The notes below the pieces were generated by a model, which had not been told where the DNA came from, did not search any database, and saw only the letters and a program-made list of their open reading frames with translations. Below are positions 1 through 12,965 of a stretch of 64,000 nt of DNA, one piece after another (the stretch's first letter is position 1; every line of letters begins with the position of its first letter). The position numbers and the translations under genes are program-made. This DNA comes from Podarcis erhardii (lineage: Eukaryota), in assembly GCA_964252035.1 (NCBI GenBank), contig OZ176201.1. One strand, 5' to 3'.

Positions 1-101
1 GTAATATATGTTTTGTTAATTTTTTTGTTGTTTTCTTTTCTTCTTTTCTCTGTAATTTTTAAACTTCTAATAAACATCATTAAAAAAAACAAAAAACAAA
101 A
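1..101 (+). mobile_element. 3' UTR and A-rich tail of an L1-like LINE, truncated by the window edge
   Basis: T-rich tract, AATAAA at 69-74 and A-rich tail; same layout as the L1 3' ends at ~15470-15601 and ~48300-48441. Confidence 0.55.
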
Positions 102-3100
102 TTGTGTAGGAAATGGTCAAAAGATCATGGCAACGCTTGGGTACTATTGACTAACTTGTCTTCATTGCAGCTTACAGGTGGGGGACTCCTGTCCTTTGCC
201 ATCATGTTCCTATAGAGGAGCATTCTTGACAGCTGTGATTATCTCTACAGCTTTGTTAAAACTTCATGGCCATGTCAAGAAATTGACTGTCAACCTTATG
301 CCTGCCTCCCAACTTCTCACTTGAATCACCGAGTGTCAAAATGGGGCAACACATTGTCAGTATAGTTCATAATATTCTGGAAAGGTATTTGACCTGATTA
401 AAGGTTTCCTCCTCCCCATCTGCTGTCAAAGAAACAGGGAGGAGGGGAATCCTTTTCTATTGACAAGAATGAAGACTCCGTCTTGGGAAACTAGGGCTCC
501 ATAAGCACGATGCTTTAATACCATGCATACTTTATTGTTTGCATTAAGAATGCAATCTTAGGTGGACATAGCAGACTATAACCAGCCTCCTAGCATGCTT
601 TATCTAAAGGATGCCTGTGCCTTGAAAGGGATTATCCCTAACATTTCACTCTCCCCACTTGTGATTCTCAGCAGCTGATAATCAGAGGCATACTGCCCCC
701 AACAGTGAGGTAGAAAATAGCCCAAAGTACTGGCTGCTGAGATGGGGTGGTGCTTTCTTCCCAACACTGATGTTTCTGCAGCTTATCTGGTCAGGACTGG
801 AGCATAGCAGGTCAGGACTGCATGAATACACAGGTGCTTTAGCTGGTGCATCTGTGCGACTTGACAGTGCTCTGCCCCAGCCCTGTCTAGGTAAGCTGCA
901 ACAACATCTGTGTTGGGAGGGCAGCTCCATGGCTGCACACCACCACTCCAGACAGTACTGGCCCCAATGACAATGAACCTGCAGCAGAGAAGTCTACATA
1001 CCTATGCATGTAAGTTTCCATGCACTCTGGAGCACAGATTGCAAGGGATCCCTAGACATGTAGAGGTCCACATGCATAGACCTCTGCAGCTCTGATGTCC
1101 ACTCCTAATGCATGGAAATTGGGGCAGGGCAGGAGAAAATCTGCAATGTGAAAGAGCTACTGCCTCTGTCAAATTCACTGTGTTCATTCTCCTCACCTGC
1201 ATAAGAAGTGGTGTATTCCATTCAAGTAGTTAGATAGTCAAGAGCAACATCACTGCAGGAACTAACCTCTGATTTTCCCTAATGCCATGTTTGGTTGTGT
1301 GGTGCGCCCTTACTGTAATTGTAAAGATGCTTGATTGAATTAAACTCTCATTCTGGAAATGTTGCTGTGAGCTTTTTATGGGATGGCATGCAATAATTTA
1401 AGGGGATTGTTGGATGATATATCTCCTCCAAAATCAACGAACAGTTTCTACACTTGTAGGACTGCCAACTGGCCAAAAAAAAACAAAAAACAAAACCTGG
1501 ATGCTTTCTTTCTGTTTACCCATTTGCCAGAAAAGCAAGCTGCAAGGCTGTCTCCTTCTCTCCTCTCCTCTGCTTCCCACCAGCCATTCTGAACCAACAA
1601 ACTTTGCATCAGGCAGTGCTTACAGTCCTTGCAAAAACTGCTGCGTCTCACCCTAGAGCCCCTTCTAGGCTCTGCCCTTGAACATTCAAAAACTCACGAG
1701 CTCTCCTCAAACTGTTAAATACTGTTGAGCTTGGTTCTAAAGCACTCCTCTCCCCAAAAAGCATTTTTAAATTATCATCTCAAGAGTTGGGAACCCTATC
1801 TGCAATTATCCCTTGCTCACATTCCCACACAGTAAAACAAATTCAATTTGTTTGTCGACTGTGGGCCTGCAGAGAGCCCAGCTGCCTGACTTTGAGGAAC
1901 GCGTACACAGCTGATTGGGCCACGTTTCCTAGTTTGAAGTGGGTGGAAAAGAGGCTTCCTGAAGAAGCTGTTATTTACATCTGAAACCAACCAACAAACC
2001 TGTTAGAGGCAGTTGTAACTGATGATTTAATGCTGGTCCAAGTGTTGTAGCACCTGCTTCGTTTTGTATATATTTGCAGTTTTGAAATGTCTGTGATTCG
2101 AAAGGAAAAAATGGCATGTTTTGAAATAGTTTAATAAAAAATAAAGAAACTGCTAGAAAGGGAGGAGGGAAGCATGACAACTTAAATAGCAAACTAGCAT
2201 TCTGCTCTCACAGTGGGCAACTAGCTGCCCCAATGAGAAGGCACAAGCAGGACTTAAGTGCAGCCGTACTCTCAGCGCTTGTGGTTCTCAACAACTAGCA
2301 TTCAGAGCCATACTGTCACTGACTGTGGGTGAACATCAACACTTGAAAGACAAATTCAGAGGCGTCCTAGTTGGTGGCAATCATAACCTCTTGTGGGTGC
2401 GAATTGCATAGTTCAAACAGTAGTAGATGGGAGAGTGAGGCGCTGCCTCTCGCCTGGCCTCTGACTGGTTGCATTGCAGCTGCTTCCTGGGAGGCAGAGG
2501 ATGAACAGCAAGGCAGCAAGCAGGAGCACTAGATTGGCTCTGCTGGTGTGCTTGCACTGCACCACCCTTGCCACTGCCTCATCTGTATACCCCTCTATCC
2601 CACCAACTGGAGGCCAGGTGAGCAGCAGCTCCACGACAGGGGTTAATTATGTGTTGTGTGGAGAGGTCCTTTCTTTTGGCTGTCCTGAATCTGCATCTTC
2701 TGTGGTAGGCTTGATGGAATTGGTGGGGTCAAAGGCAAGGTTAAGACAGAAGTGGCAATGAGGATGAGAATTGACAGAAAGGCCCTTTGCACTATTTTAA
2801 ACTGCAGTCAGGGGACAGTATTAAATGGTATGATTCTGATTTCTGAGCCGGAGGCAAAAACCAGTTCTTGCAGCCATTCTGCTTTACAGAAATCACCCGC
2901 CTCTCATTTATCTGCCTTTGCATCACGACTTGGCCTGTGAAGGTGAAAAGTAGCAGCTGAAAAGACAAATCCACCGTGCTGTCAGGCTTGTGGTGTTAAG
3001 GGCTCCATTAAACATTTTGCTAAATGTGTAGTATGAAGCCCCGGTCAAATTGGGGCAGGGGTGTCTTGCTCAAGATGAAACATGTGTCTGCCTGGCTCCT

Positions 3101-3257
3101 TTTTAGACCCCTCTCTTGGTAGCTTGGTCGTTGCCCCAGCTATAGGAAAATTCTGTCGAACGCACTGCAGCTTCTGCTGCAGGTAGACAAAAAGAGTGGT
3201 GGAAATATGCTTGACTTCTGTCTGTTGCTGTATCTGTAGAGGCTCACCTATATAGGC

Positions 3258-3263
<6 letters not shown>

Positions 3264-3317
<54 letters not shown>
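3264..3317. repeat. (CT)n microsatellite
   Basis: Direct reading. Confidence 0.95.
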
Positions 3318-3319
<2 letters not shown>

Positions 3320-3644
3320 ATTATGCTTATGAATCAGAAGTTCAGGATTCCAGAGGTTTGTTTTTGCATTGGACCTTAAGGTTGTTTTGTCCTCTTTCTA
3401 TTTGCTGCTGCCATTCTCATGAATCTATTTCTATTATGAAATTAGAACAGTGATTCCATCCCCATTGATGCCCTCTAGTGATATGCTTGCAGAGATACTG
3501 TTGTTGTATCTCTTTATCATTTTTTTTTGAAACACTTATGCTTGAATGGATGCACCATTTAAAACTACATTTTAGAACATCAGGTAGGCACCAGCTTTCC
3601 CTCTAAGATACCTGATCTTTATTTCTGTTGGTCAGGGAAGAAAA

Positions 3645-3795
3645 ACCTATCAATGGTTACCAAACATGATGATTATGTATCACCCTCAATATCAGAGATA
3701 GTGTGCCTCCAAATGCCAGTTGCTAGGGAACACAAGCAGGAGAGGCTATTTTGCTCATGTCCTGCTTGCAGCCTTCCCATAGGCTTCTATGGGAA
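3645..3795 (+). mobile_element. Old CR1-type LINE 3' UTR fragment
   Basis: Resembles the reverse complement of the old CR1 3' region at ~45050-45330 and the fragment at ~41910-42010. Confidence 0.45.
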
Positions 3796-4053
3796 TAGAG
3801 ACTTTTGTTTGATCCAGTCGAGATTTTGTTACGTTCTCAACATAATGACGTCTTTACTCAGACCCAGATATTTCAGTCTGCAGGCCTGCAAGGTTCTTCT
3901 GCCCGAAGAACCTTGTGGATTCCAGAGGCTTGCTAAGTCTTATGCTCATGAAGAAAACCTAGCGCCTTACACACCAGGAGCAAATTTTCAAATGTCTGCC
4001 ACAGCCAAAAGCACCAGCTTTGCTGCCAGTTACAGTTTGTGAATATGCAATGT

Positions 4054-4189
4054 TGTTGTTGTTTAGTCGTTTAGTCGTGTCCGACTCTTCGTGACCCCAT
4101 GGACCAGAGAACGCCAGGCAGTCCTGTCTTCCACTGCCTCCCGCAGTTTGGTCAGACTCATGTTTGTAGCTTCGAGAACACTGTCCAAC
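4054..4189 (-). mobile_element. 5'-truncated Bov-B (RTE) LINE 3' end
   Basis: Reverse complement of ...catggggtcacgaagagtcggacacgactaaacgactaaacaacaac, homologous to 7130-7267; TSD tgcaatgt at 4046-4053 and 4190-4197. Confidence 0.85.
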
Positions 4190-4347
4190 TGCAATGTACG
4201 TATGTAAAAAAACAGTTCTCAGCATGCTGTCCCAGTCTCCCAACATTCCACCACATCGAAATGTGACCAAAGCCCTCAACGATTGTAAGAAAGGGGAAGT
4301 GAATGTTCTCAACAGCTTCACTTCCGTGTTCCTGCACAGTTCAGAGC

Positions 4348-4488
4348 ATGGGTAGGCAAACTAAGGCCCTGGGCCCAGATCTGGTCCAATCGCCTTCTAA
4401 ATCAGGCCCACAGACGGTCCAGGAATCAGTGTGTTTTTACATGAGTAGAATGTGTGCTTTTATTTAAAGTGCATCTCTGGGTTATTTA
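4348..4488 (+). mobile_element. Left part of a hAT-like MITE, interrupted by a Sauria SINE
   Basis: Begins catgggtaggcaaactaaggcc, a terminus type typical of squamate hAT MITEs; no right TIR found downstream. Confidence 0.5.
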
Positions 4489-4777
4489 GGGACACGGGTG
4501 GCGCTGTAGGTTAAACCACAGAGCCTAGGACTTGCCGATCAGAAGGTTGGCGGTTCGAATCCCTGTGATGGGGTGAGCTCCCATTGCTTGGTCCCTGCTC
4601 CTGCCAACCTAGTAGTTTGAAAGCACATCAAAGTGCAAGTACATAAATAGGTACCGCTCTGGCGGGAAGGTAAACGGTGTTTCCGTGCGCTGCTCTGGTT
4701 CGCCAGAAGCAGCTTAGTCATGCTGGCCACATGACCCGGAAGCTGTACGCCGGCTCCCTCGGCCAATAAAGCGAGAT
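4489..4777 (+). mobile_element. Sauria SINE, 3'-truncated at a CR1 insertion
   Basis: tRNA-like head (gggacacgggtggcgctg...ggttcgaatccc); aligns with the complete copy at 60772-61115 up to gcgagat. Confidence 0.9.
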
Positions 4778-7027
4778 CATAGAATCATAGAATCATAGAG
4801 TTGGAAGAGACCACAAGGGCCATCGAGTCCAACCCCCTGCCAAGCAGGAAACACCATCAGAGCACTCCTGACATATGGTTGTCAAGCCTCTGCTTAAAGA
4901 CCTCCAAAGAAGGAGACTCCACCACACTCCTTGGCAGCAAATTCCACTGTCAAACAGCTCTTACTGTCAGGAAGTTCTTCCTAATGTTTAGGTGGAATCT
5001 TCTTTCTTGTAGTTTGGAACCATTGCTCCGTGTCCGCTTCTCTGGAGCAGCAGAAAACAACCTTTCTCCCTCCTCTATGTGACATCCTTTTATATATTTG
5101 AACATGGCTATCATATCACCCCTTAACCTCCTCTTCTCCAGGCTAAACATGCCCAGCTCCCTTAGCCGTTCCTCATAAGGCATCGTTTCCAGGCCTTTGA
5201 CCATTTTGGTTCCAGTTTGTCAGTGTTCTTCTTGAACTGTGGTGCCCAGAACTGGACACAGTACTCCAGGTGAGGTCTGACCAGAGCAGAATACAGTGGC
5301 ACTATTACTTCCCTTGATCTAGATGCTATATTCCTATTGATGCAGCCCAGAATTGCATTGGCTTTTTTAGCTGCCGCGTCACACTGTTGGCTCATGTCAT
5401 GTTTGTGGTCAACCAAGACTCCTAGATCCTTTTCACATGTACTGCTCTCAAGCCAGGTGTCACCCATCTTGTATTTGTGCCTCTCATTTTTTTTGCCCAA
5501 GTGCAATACTTTACATTTCTCCCTGTTAAAATTCATCTTGTTTGTTCTGACCCAGTTCTCTAATCTGTCAAGGTCATTTTGAAGTGTGATCCTGTCCTCT
5601 GGGGTGTTAGCCACCCCTCCCAGTTTGGTGTCATCTGCAAATTTGATCAGGATGCCCTTGAGTCCATCATCCAAGTCGTTGATAAAGATGTTGAATAAGA
5701 CCGGGTCCAAGACAGAACCCTGTGGCACCCCACTAGTCACTCTTCTCCAGGATGAAGAGGAACCATTGAAGAGCACCCTTTGGGTTCGGTCAGTCAGCCA
5801 GTTACAAATCCACTGAGTGGTAGCATAGTCAAGTCCGCATTTTACCAGCTTCTTTACAAGAATATCATGGGGCACCTTGTCAAATGCCTTGCTGAAATCA
5901 AGGTAGGCTACATCCACTGCGTTCCCTTCATCTACCAGGCTTGTAATTCTGTCAAAAAACGAGATCAGGTTAGTCTGACATGACTTATTTTTCAGAAATC
6001 CATGCTGACTATTGGTGATCACAGTATTCCTTTCTAGGTGCTCACAGACTGTTTGCTTAATGATCTGCTCCAGAATCTTCCCTGGTATTGATGTCAGACT
6101 GACTGGGCGGTAATTATTTGGGTCCTCTCTTTTCCCCTTTTTGAAAATAGGGACAACATTTGCCCTCCTCCAGTCTACCGGGATTTCGCCTGTTCTCCAG
6201 GAATTCTCAAAGATGACTGCCAGTGGCTCTGAGATCACATCTGCTAGTTCTTTTAATACTCTTGGATGCAGTTCATCTGGCCCTGGAGACTTGAATACAT
6301 CTAAACTAGCCAAGTATTCTTGTACTATCTCCTTAGTTATTCTTTGCTGTGTTTCCTCTGCTGAATCATTTGCTCCAAATTCTTCAGGTCGGGCATTGTT
6401 TTCTTTATCGGAGAAGACTGAAGCAAAGAAGGCATTGAGGAGTTCAGCCCTTTCTGTGTCCCCTGTTTGCATTTCACCATCTTCTCCTCTGAGTGACCCC
6501 ACTGTTTCTTTGTTCTTCCTTTTGCTACGAACATACCCATAAAAGCCTTTTTTGTTGCTTTTAACCTCTCTAGCAAGCCTGAGTTCATTCTGTGCTTTAG
6601 CTTTTCTGACTTTGTGTCTACACGTGCTGACTATTTGTTTGAATTCCTCTTTGGTGGTTTCCCCCCTTTTCCATTTTTTGTACACATCCCTTTTTAATGT
6701 TAACTCAGTTAAAAGTTCTTTAGATAGCCACCCTGGCTTCTTTAGGCACCTTCCATGTTTCCGTCTCATTGGTATTGCCTGAAGTTGTGCTTTTACTATC
6801 TCCCTCTTAACAAACTCCCAGCCATCATGAACTCCCTTTCCTTTTAGTATTACTGTCCATGGGATCTCACCCAGCACTTCCCTAAGTTTTATGAAGTCGG
6901 CTTTCTTAAAGTCAAGAAATTGAGTCCTAGTATGCTTGGCTGCTCCTTTCCGCTGTATAGTAAACTTCAGAAGAGCATGATCGCTCGCGCCTAATGATCC
7001 TTCCACTTCTACCCCACTAACCAGGTC
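4778..7027 (-). mobile_element. Young 5'-truncated CR1 LINE (~2.25 kb)
   Basis: (ATTCTATG)n tail at 4778-4799 on the minus strand, CR1 3' UTR, ORF2 with endonuclease C-terminus and complete RT; 3' 370 bp nearly identical to 51029-51401. Confidence 0.95.
4950..7027 (-). pseudogene. CR1 ORF2 remnant (APE endonuclease end plus reverse transcriptase), frameshifted by a ~20 bp deletion near 5210
   Basis: Motifs DLVSGVEVEGSLGASDH, YRPVSLTS, YLDFSKAFD, GVPQGSVL, KFADD, RPHLEYCVQFW, continuing as [18 protein letters not shown] in ORF 4950-5204; the expected RVQRRAT peptide is missing at the frame switch. Confidence 0.92.
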
Positions 7028-7267
7028 CAATACTTTGGCCACCTCATGAGAAGAGAAGACTCCCTGGAAAAGACCCTGATGCTGGGAAAGATGGAGGGCA
7101 CAAGGAGAAGGGGACGACAGACGACGAGATGGTTGGACAGTGTTTTTGAAGCTACCAACTTGAGTTTGACCAAACTCTGGGAGGCAGTGGAAGACAGGAG
7201 CGCCTGGCATACTCTGGTCCATGGGGTCACAAAGAGTCGGACATGACTAAATGACTAAACAACAACA
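7026..7267 (+). mobile_element. Bov-B (RTE) LINE 3' fragment
   Basis: Encodes YFGHLMRREDSLEKTLMLGKMEGTRRRGRQTTRWLD (Bov-B ORF C-terminus) and ends gagtcggacatgactaaatgactaaacaacaac. Confidence 0.9.
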
Positions 7268-8321
7268 GGTACGCCTCCATGAATCACTTGGCAGAGATCA
7301 GGCTTAACCTCCACCCTTATAGGTTGAACTGCTGCTACTCATTCCTATGAGGAAAAGAAAAGATGCACATTGCAAAGCTGTGGCGAGGGCGAATCCTGTC
7401 TTCACTCCAGGGGGGTGGTGGTCACAGGGAATCTCATCTTGTTTCCCGGTCCCTTCAATGCAACGAGTCCTTCCTCCTCGCACCCTTCTCATTTTTATGG
7501 GGACTTTGCTAGAGTTTAAACAGGAACTGATCTTTCTTGCAAATCTGTCTCAGAACACCTTAAAATACCATGGCATGCTGTAGCAGCCTGTCTGGGTCCC
7601 CCTTTGAAGTGAAGCAGCAGCGTTTCCAACAAAAGGCAACCCATCTGCCTCGCATTACTTTCCATGCCTCTCAAGCAGTGCCAATGCCTTTTTTTGTTCC
7701 GTCAGTATCCCCTTGCTAAATTGGGCTCACGCAAAAAATAAAAAATAAAAATAAAAATGAGAAACATTTTGAAGTTTAGGACAAAGAGCCCTCCCTAAGT
7801 GTTCACATTCCTTAGTCCGGTCGTTGTGGGGCTTTAGGGTACCGATTGTTTCATCTGCACTCTTTCTCTACCTCCCTAACATACCCTTTGAGCTGTTCTT
7901 TAATTGAAGTAAATGTAACAGCTGCTACTTTGTGTGTTGTTTTTCCCATTTTCCCCTGTGAGTCACACATTTCCTTCCTTAATGTCTCTATCTTCTATCG
8001 TCCTGTGCTAATGAAGCCCCAGACTTTCAGCTGCCGATGTTTCTGAAGTTGTATGCCTGGAATCTTTAAAGCCATCAAAATTAATTTCCTACTTTCTCCC
8101 TAGTTCTTCTTAATTTTTTTTTGGGGGGGGGGGCTGTAAAAACATCTTGGAAAAAGGCAGTGTCAGACCTGACGGATGTCGTGTCTCTCTAAGTGGCAAA
8201 ATGATTGGAAATGCAGAAGAGGCAAATGGAGCAATCCTGGCTGGTGGTTATCTTAATCAAAAGCCAAACCAAGAAATAAGTCAATGGTCTGATGCAGGTA
8301 GGTGAATGTCCTGCAGCAGGG

Positions 8322-8488
8322 GACATAGGCAGCTGCCTTATTAAACCACTGGTCCATCCAGCTCAGTATTGTCTATAGTGACAGACAGCAGTTCCCAGGT
8401 TTCCACACAAGGGACCTCTCCCAGCCCTACTTGAAGATGTCAGTGGCTGAGCCTGGGACCTTCTACCTGTGATGCTCTACCAGTAGGT
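8322..8488 (-). mobile_element. tRNA-derived SINE with CR1-like tail (Squam2-like), degenerate
   Basis: Shares ctgggagagg...actgagctggatggacc...aaggcagctgcctatg core with copies at ~18185, ~37170, ~43045 and ~63800. Confidence 0.55.
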
Positions 8489-8959
8489 TGACAATCTTTT
8501 TTTCCCCTCAAGGGCCGTGCTCCCTCAAGAGTAATCTGTTGGGGTGGTGGTGTGGAGGATGCTGCAGAGTGCAGAATCGGAGACAAAGGTGTTTTGGATT
8601 AACTAATCTAAAATAAAGTTTGCCCTGCACCATAGCTACCTCAGATTAGAATTCCCATTTCTATGCAGGTCTTATCAGAAATAAGCCCCGCTGTCTCTCT
8701 TGGGATGAATAAGTATACAGGGCATTTTCCCCCCAGCACAACAGACCAATATGGTAACTGTGCTGGAAAACAAATGAAAGCATTTCCTTCTTGACTTCTC
8801 TCTCTCTTTCTCTCTCTCTCCCTCCCTCTCTCCAAAAGCATACCAGTTTGTTGTCAGGCTGCTGGAGCCAACTTTCTACCAAACCATACATTCATGATGG
8901 GGAGAGGCTTAAAAATTATCTTTGGATGAAGGGTGGTATACAGATTTAATAAATAGCAC

Positions 8960-9034
8960 CTTCTTCTTCTTCTTCTTCTTCTTCTTCTTCTTCTTCTTCT
9001 TCTTCTTCTTCTTCTTCTTCTTCTTCTTCTTCTT
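8960..9034. repeat. (CTT)n microsatellite
   Basis: Direct reading; explains the poly-R, poly-K and poly-F ORFs here. Confidence 0.95.
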
Positions 9035-9138
9035 GCTGTTTCTTCCAGTTGTTCTGATCGCACGTATCCAAATTTTGCAATGTAGCTTTCTAGCCAAGTA
9101 TTGTATACAAAAAAGGCATAAACAAGGGTAACGTTTGC

Positions 9139-9185
9139 ATAAATAAATAAATAAATAAATAAGTAAATAAATAAATAAATAAATT
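9139..9185. repeat. (TAAA)n microsatellite
   Basis: Direct reading. Confidence 0.9.
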
Positions 9186-10474
9186 AGTGAAGATAACATA
9201 TGAAAATACTATATTTCAAGGTAAATTACTTTGCAGAAAGCTATATATTAGGAAGAAATTGTGTACAAAAATGTGTATATTATGAGACGTTTGCACTAAA
9301 ATGCTGGTGAATTTTCATGGGAACTTTGCAAAATAAATCCTCATAAGCTGATGTGGAAATGTGGAGAGCTGAGCTTAAACTGAAAAATAGAGAAACTGAG
9401 AGGACCCAAGAGGGACAGTTTTGCCCATCCCTAGCTACATCCTCCTATTCCGGTTGCATTTTTGCTGTGATCTTTGATGGCCCCAGAGCCCACACAATAT
9501 GACCCAGGGACCGAGAAAGAGAAACATCCCAACATGCTGACAAGCTTAACTCTTCTTTTCCACACGAAACTCATTTTGTCTCCCTTCTGAGAGAAGCATG
9601 CTTAACACAGAGCTTGTAAGGAAAAGCATTTACATGTGGGTGACATTTCTGTATTTAGCTTCTGTTGATCTGTGTCAATCTCTCTGTGTTACTTTTTCCT
9701 GCCCGATATGCAGAGCTTGCTTGCTAAAAGCATGCATACACCCCCCACCCCGTGTCTCAATTCATCAGGTGCAAATCAGGTGTGTACAAATCAAGATTTT
9801 TGTGTGTGAACACATAACCAGTTTAATGCTTCTTAGCCATTACTATAAATGCTAATTTCCAAGAAGAAATTGCAGAAATATGCAGGGAGAGGCACAAACA
9901 GCGCACCAAATTTTCCAGGTCATCAAGTCCCGTTTATGACTTTTTAAAAAGCAGTTGCGATTCTTCCATCCAAACACTTATTGAAAAATAATTTTTTTTA
10001 AAAGCTTTCTATCTTTTCCACTGGAGTGCAAATTAGTTGATACAAAGCAATTCTTTCCCCCCTTTTTTTCTTGAGAATGCTTCAGAATACCTTTTAACAA
10101 AATGTTCTGTTGCATAACTTTGAGGAAATGTTGTTGAGGATGGCTTTGAAATGTTTTGTAATTGTATAAAAATTAAAATGGGACAAAATGCCTGTAAGAA
10201 GCAATATGGTGAATTTGGCCATGTTATTTAGTAAAAAGGTTTTCTGGTCTGGATTTTATCTTACTCCATTCCTGTCCTGACGAGAACAGCACTGCCTCTG
10301 CCTTCATGAGCCATCCCTGACTGAACCTATGCAATGCTAAGCACCAATGATTTCAGTGGACATAATATAGGACACATAAGACTGTATTGGATTTGGTGAT
10401 GCTAATCCTAATGAATTAGGTGTTATGCTAAGTACTGTTGTGTGCATGCGTGTGTGTGTGTGTGTGTGCGCGTG

Positions 10475-10772
10475 TGTACCAGAACTTCGAAAGATCATCT
10501 TTAAAAGGAGCTAGTCCAAGTTCGACATCCGAACAGGAAGACATCCCAGTTCTACAAAATTAACTAGTTCAGGTCATGTTCAGGTCACAGTTCAATTCAA
10601 GTTCATCCAAATGATCTTCAGCAGTCCCCCCCCCCCCAAGCATTCACAATGCTCCAAGCTGCTGTTCTGCACTATATACTTAAGAGGACTAAGAAAACAC
10701 CAAAGCACACACACAGTGAATTGTTTCTTTTCACCAGCAATTAAAGTCCCACCACCAAAGTCTACAGAAACA
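10475..10772 (+). mobile_element. Candidate solo LTR (~298 bp)
   Basis: TGT...ACA termini, TATATA at 10673-10678, ATTAAA at 10740-10745, 4-bp flanks cgtg/catg differing by a CpG-type transition. Confidence 0.45.
10571..10605 (+). promoter_or_regulatory. Compound nuclear-receptor element (DR5-DR1-DR5 of RGKTCA half-sites)
   Basis: AGGTCA 10571-76, AGGTCA 10582-87, AGTTCA 10589-94, AGTTCA 10600-05; motif match only. Confidence 0.4.
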
Positions 10773-12021
10773 CATGTAAGAGAATGAAGCTGAAGATCAA
10801 CTAGAAATTGTTCAAATTTCTACCACAGAATGAACTCAATTCACTGTTCAGTTCACCCAGCAGTTAAGGGAACTACTCTCAAGTGTAGTTCAGGGACCTA
10901 TCTCAGAGAACTTCATGAAACCAAACCAGTTCATTCGAAGCACTGGAATATATTGCATTTCAAAATGTACCACTTCACAACTGGTTTCCAAGAAAGAAGA
11001 TCCCTGTTGGGGGAGGTGATTTGGAGCCAGTGAAATATGGTGGGGCATACAAATTGGGAGTCCTGGGGAGTCTTCACTGGCATGTTTTCATTTTTGTGCA
11101 GTTGGACTACAGTGATGGCACAATAAAAGTGGGTCCTGAAATTGGGACTGGGTCTAGGCAAGTCTTTGACTTGACTGACTGCTAGCACTGGCCATATTGT
11201 GTACTGGTGCAAGTCTACATCTGTACCTTTCTAAGGCTGCCTATGATTCTGTTTTGAAATAATGAAAATGTCAGCACTAATGAAAAGGCTTCTTGGAAGA
11301 GATATCTAATTGATTTCCCTGCTGCCCTGAAATATAAAGGCTACCAGAAGAATCAGTGTCTCAGTGCATGATCCTTGTAAATGACTGTGTTATCAACAGA
11401 GGGCGGGCTGTCCATTCCCAGAGGGATTTTCTTTTTGCTTTTAATTGCTGTGGGCTCCTTTCTTCAAAAACACACATAAAAGCTCAAAGCAAACAATAAA
11501 CAAAACATTTCCTCCTTCGTTGTGAGGCCTCCCATAGATGTCCCTTCATCACCATAGAGATATGGCTGTTTGCAAAGAAGAAAAGAGCTATTGGAATTCA
11601 AACTGGACCAAAATGTTGAAAAAGAGCCTAACAACAAACAAACCTATTATAAATCTTCAATTACTTTCAAACTGTTGGGGCTGATTAAAAAATGTAAATG
11701 CCCCGTTCACACTGGCAACACTTCTATAAAAATGCATGAAGCTAAAAGGCAGAAGCTGGAAAAAGCCTGCCTCGGAGCCAGTCATAATTTTTCTGCTCTT
11801 TTAGGGTTTCACCACCACCCACACAGAAATTCGCTAAGTTCAAAGGCAATTCAAGCACATAATTTCAAGCATGACATATACCGCCTCCCCCTACTAAATG
11901 TTTAACAGGTAACTGGGTAGATTAAGCTGTGGATTTGGATGTGTATACTATATAATGCATTATAAATATTTCAAATGTGAAATAAAGCATAGTCCAATAC
12001 ACGAGCTTTTCTGTAACAGGA

Positions 12022-12030
<9 letters not shown>

Positions 12031-12090
<60 letters not shown>
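12031..12090. repeat. (CT)n(CA)n compound microsatellite
   Basis: Direct reading. Confidence 0.95.
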
Positions 12091-12093
<3 letters not shown>

Positions 12094-12963
12094 CACCCCT
12101 CTATGCTGCTGCTGGAGGGTGTGTGTGAATGAACCAATCATGTAGGCTGAGCCAATTGTCTGGGTCTTTCCCAACTCATCAGTATCTTCTCTCCTGACAG
12201 AGTGATGGGAGAGACTCACCAAATTGGCCACAGCTGCACAGGTCTCATATCCACATCATACATTTAAAGCACATCACTTTCCCCCCAAGAACTCTGGAAG
12301 CTGTAGTTTACCACCTCACAGAGCTACAGTTTTCAGTAGCCTTAAACTACATTTCCCAGGATTCTTTGGGCAAAGTCATGCGATTTGAATGTATGGTGAT
12401 GACATGGCCACAACTGCTTAATTTGTACTTCTTATAGTGTGGCATTGTAAGCCACTTCCATGCCGCTGTGTGAAGCAAGGGTGAGACGTATTCTCCTTGC
12501 CTTATCAAACTCAAAGCTGAAGGCCTTGCTTTTTCCAAGCTCAGAATGCCAAGACAGGGGCCTGCAGCTTCTTTATTCTCATTGGAGCCAACAAAAAGAC
12601 TTCATCGAAGCAGACACCCCTTCCAGCCTACCCTTCTCCCTCACTGCTGGCTCACTGCCCTTCACTGCCATGCACTAATAGGCCACTTATTTAATATACA
12701 GTTTTAGGCTGAGCCTCAATTGTTTCTGAGAGACAGGTAGGCTCACAGGGTGGAACGCTGGAATAAATTTATCCTAGCTGGTGTTGCAAGTCAGATTCCA
12801 ATTCTAGGCAGCTGAATGCATCTTGCGCTTTTCAATATTTACTGTTCATCTCAATGGAACCATTTTTCTATTAATGTTTTTCTTCACCTTTCTCCCTTCC
12901 CCTCATCTTTTCTCTCTCTCCGATTTTTCTCTCGCCTTCTTTCCTGCTCAACTATCTTATTGC

Positions 12964-12965
<2 letters not shown>

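Noticed and set aside
2474-2761. ORF with a signal-peptide-like segment
   Set aside because: Non-ATG start, no splice or homology support.
5162-7222. 686-aa ORF as an intact gene
   Set aside because: Chimeric: the first ~65 residues are antisense Bov-B, the rest is truncated CR1 ORF2 ending in a frameshift.
8854-9199. Poly-Arg, poly-Lys and poly-Phe ORFs
   Set aside because: Translations of (CTT)n and (TAAA)n microsatellites.
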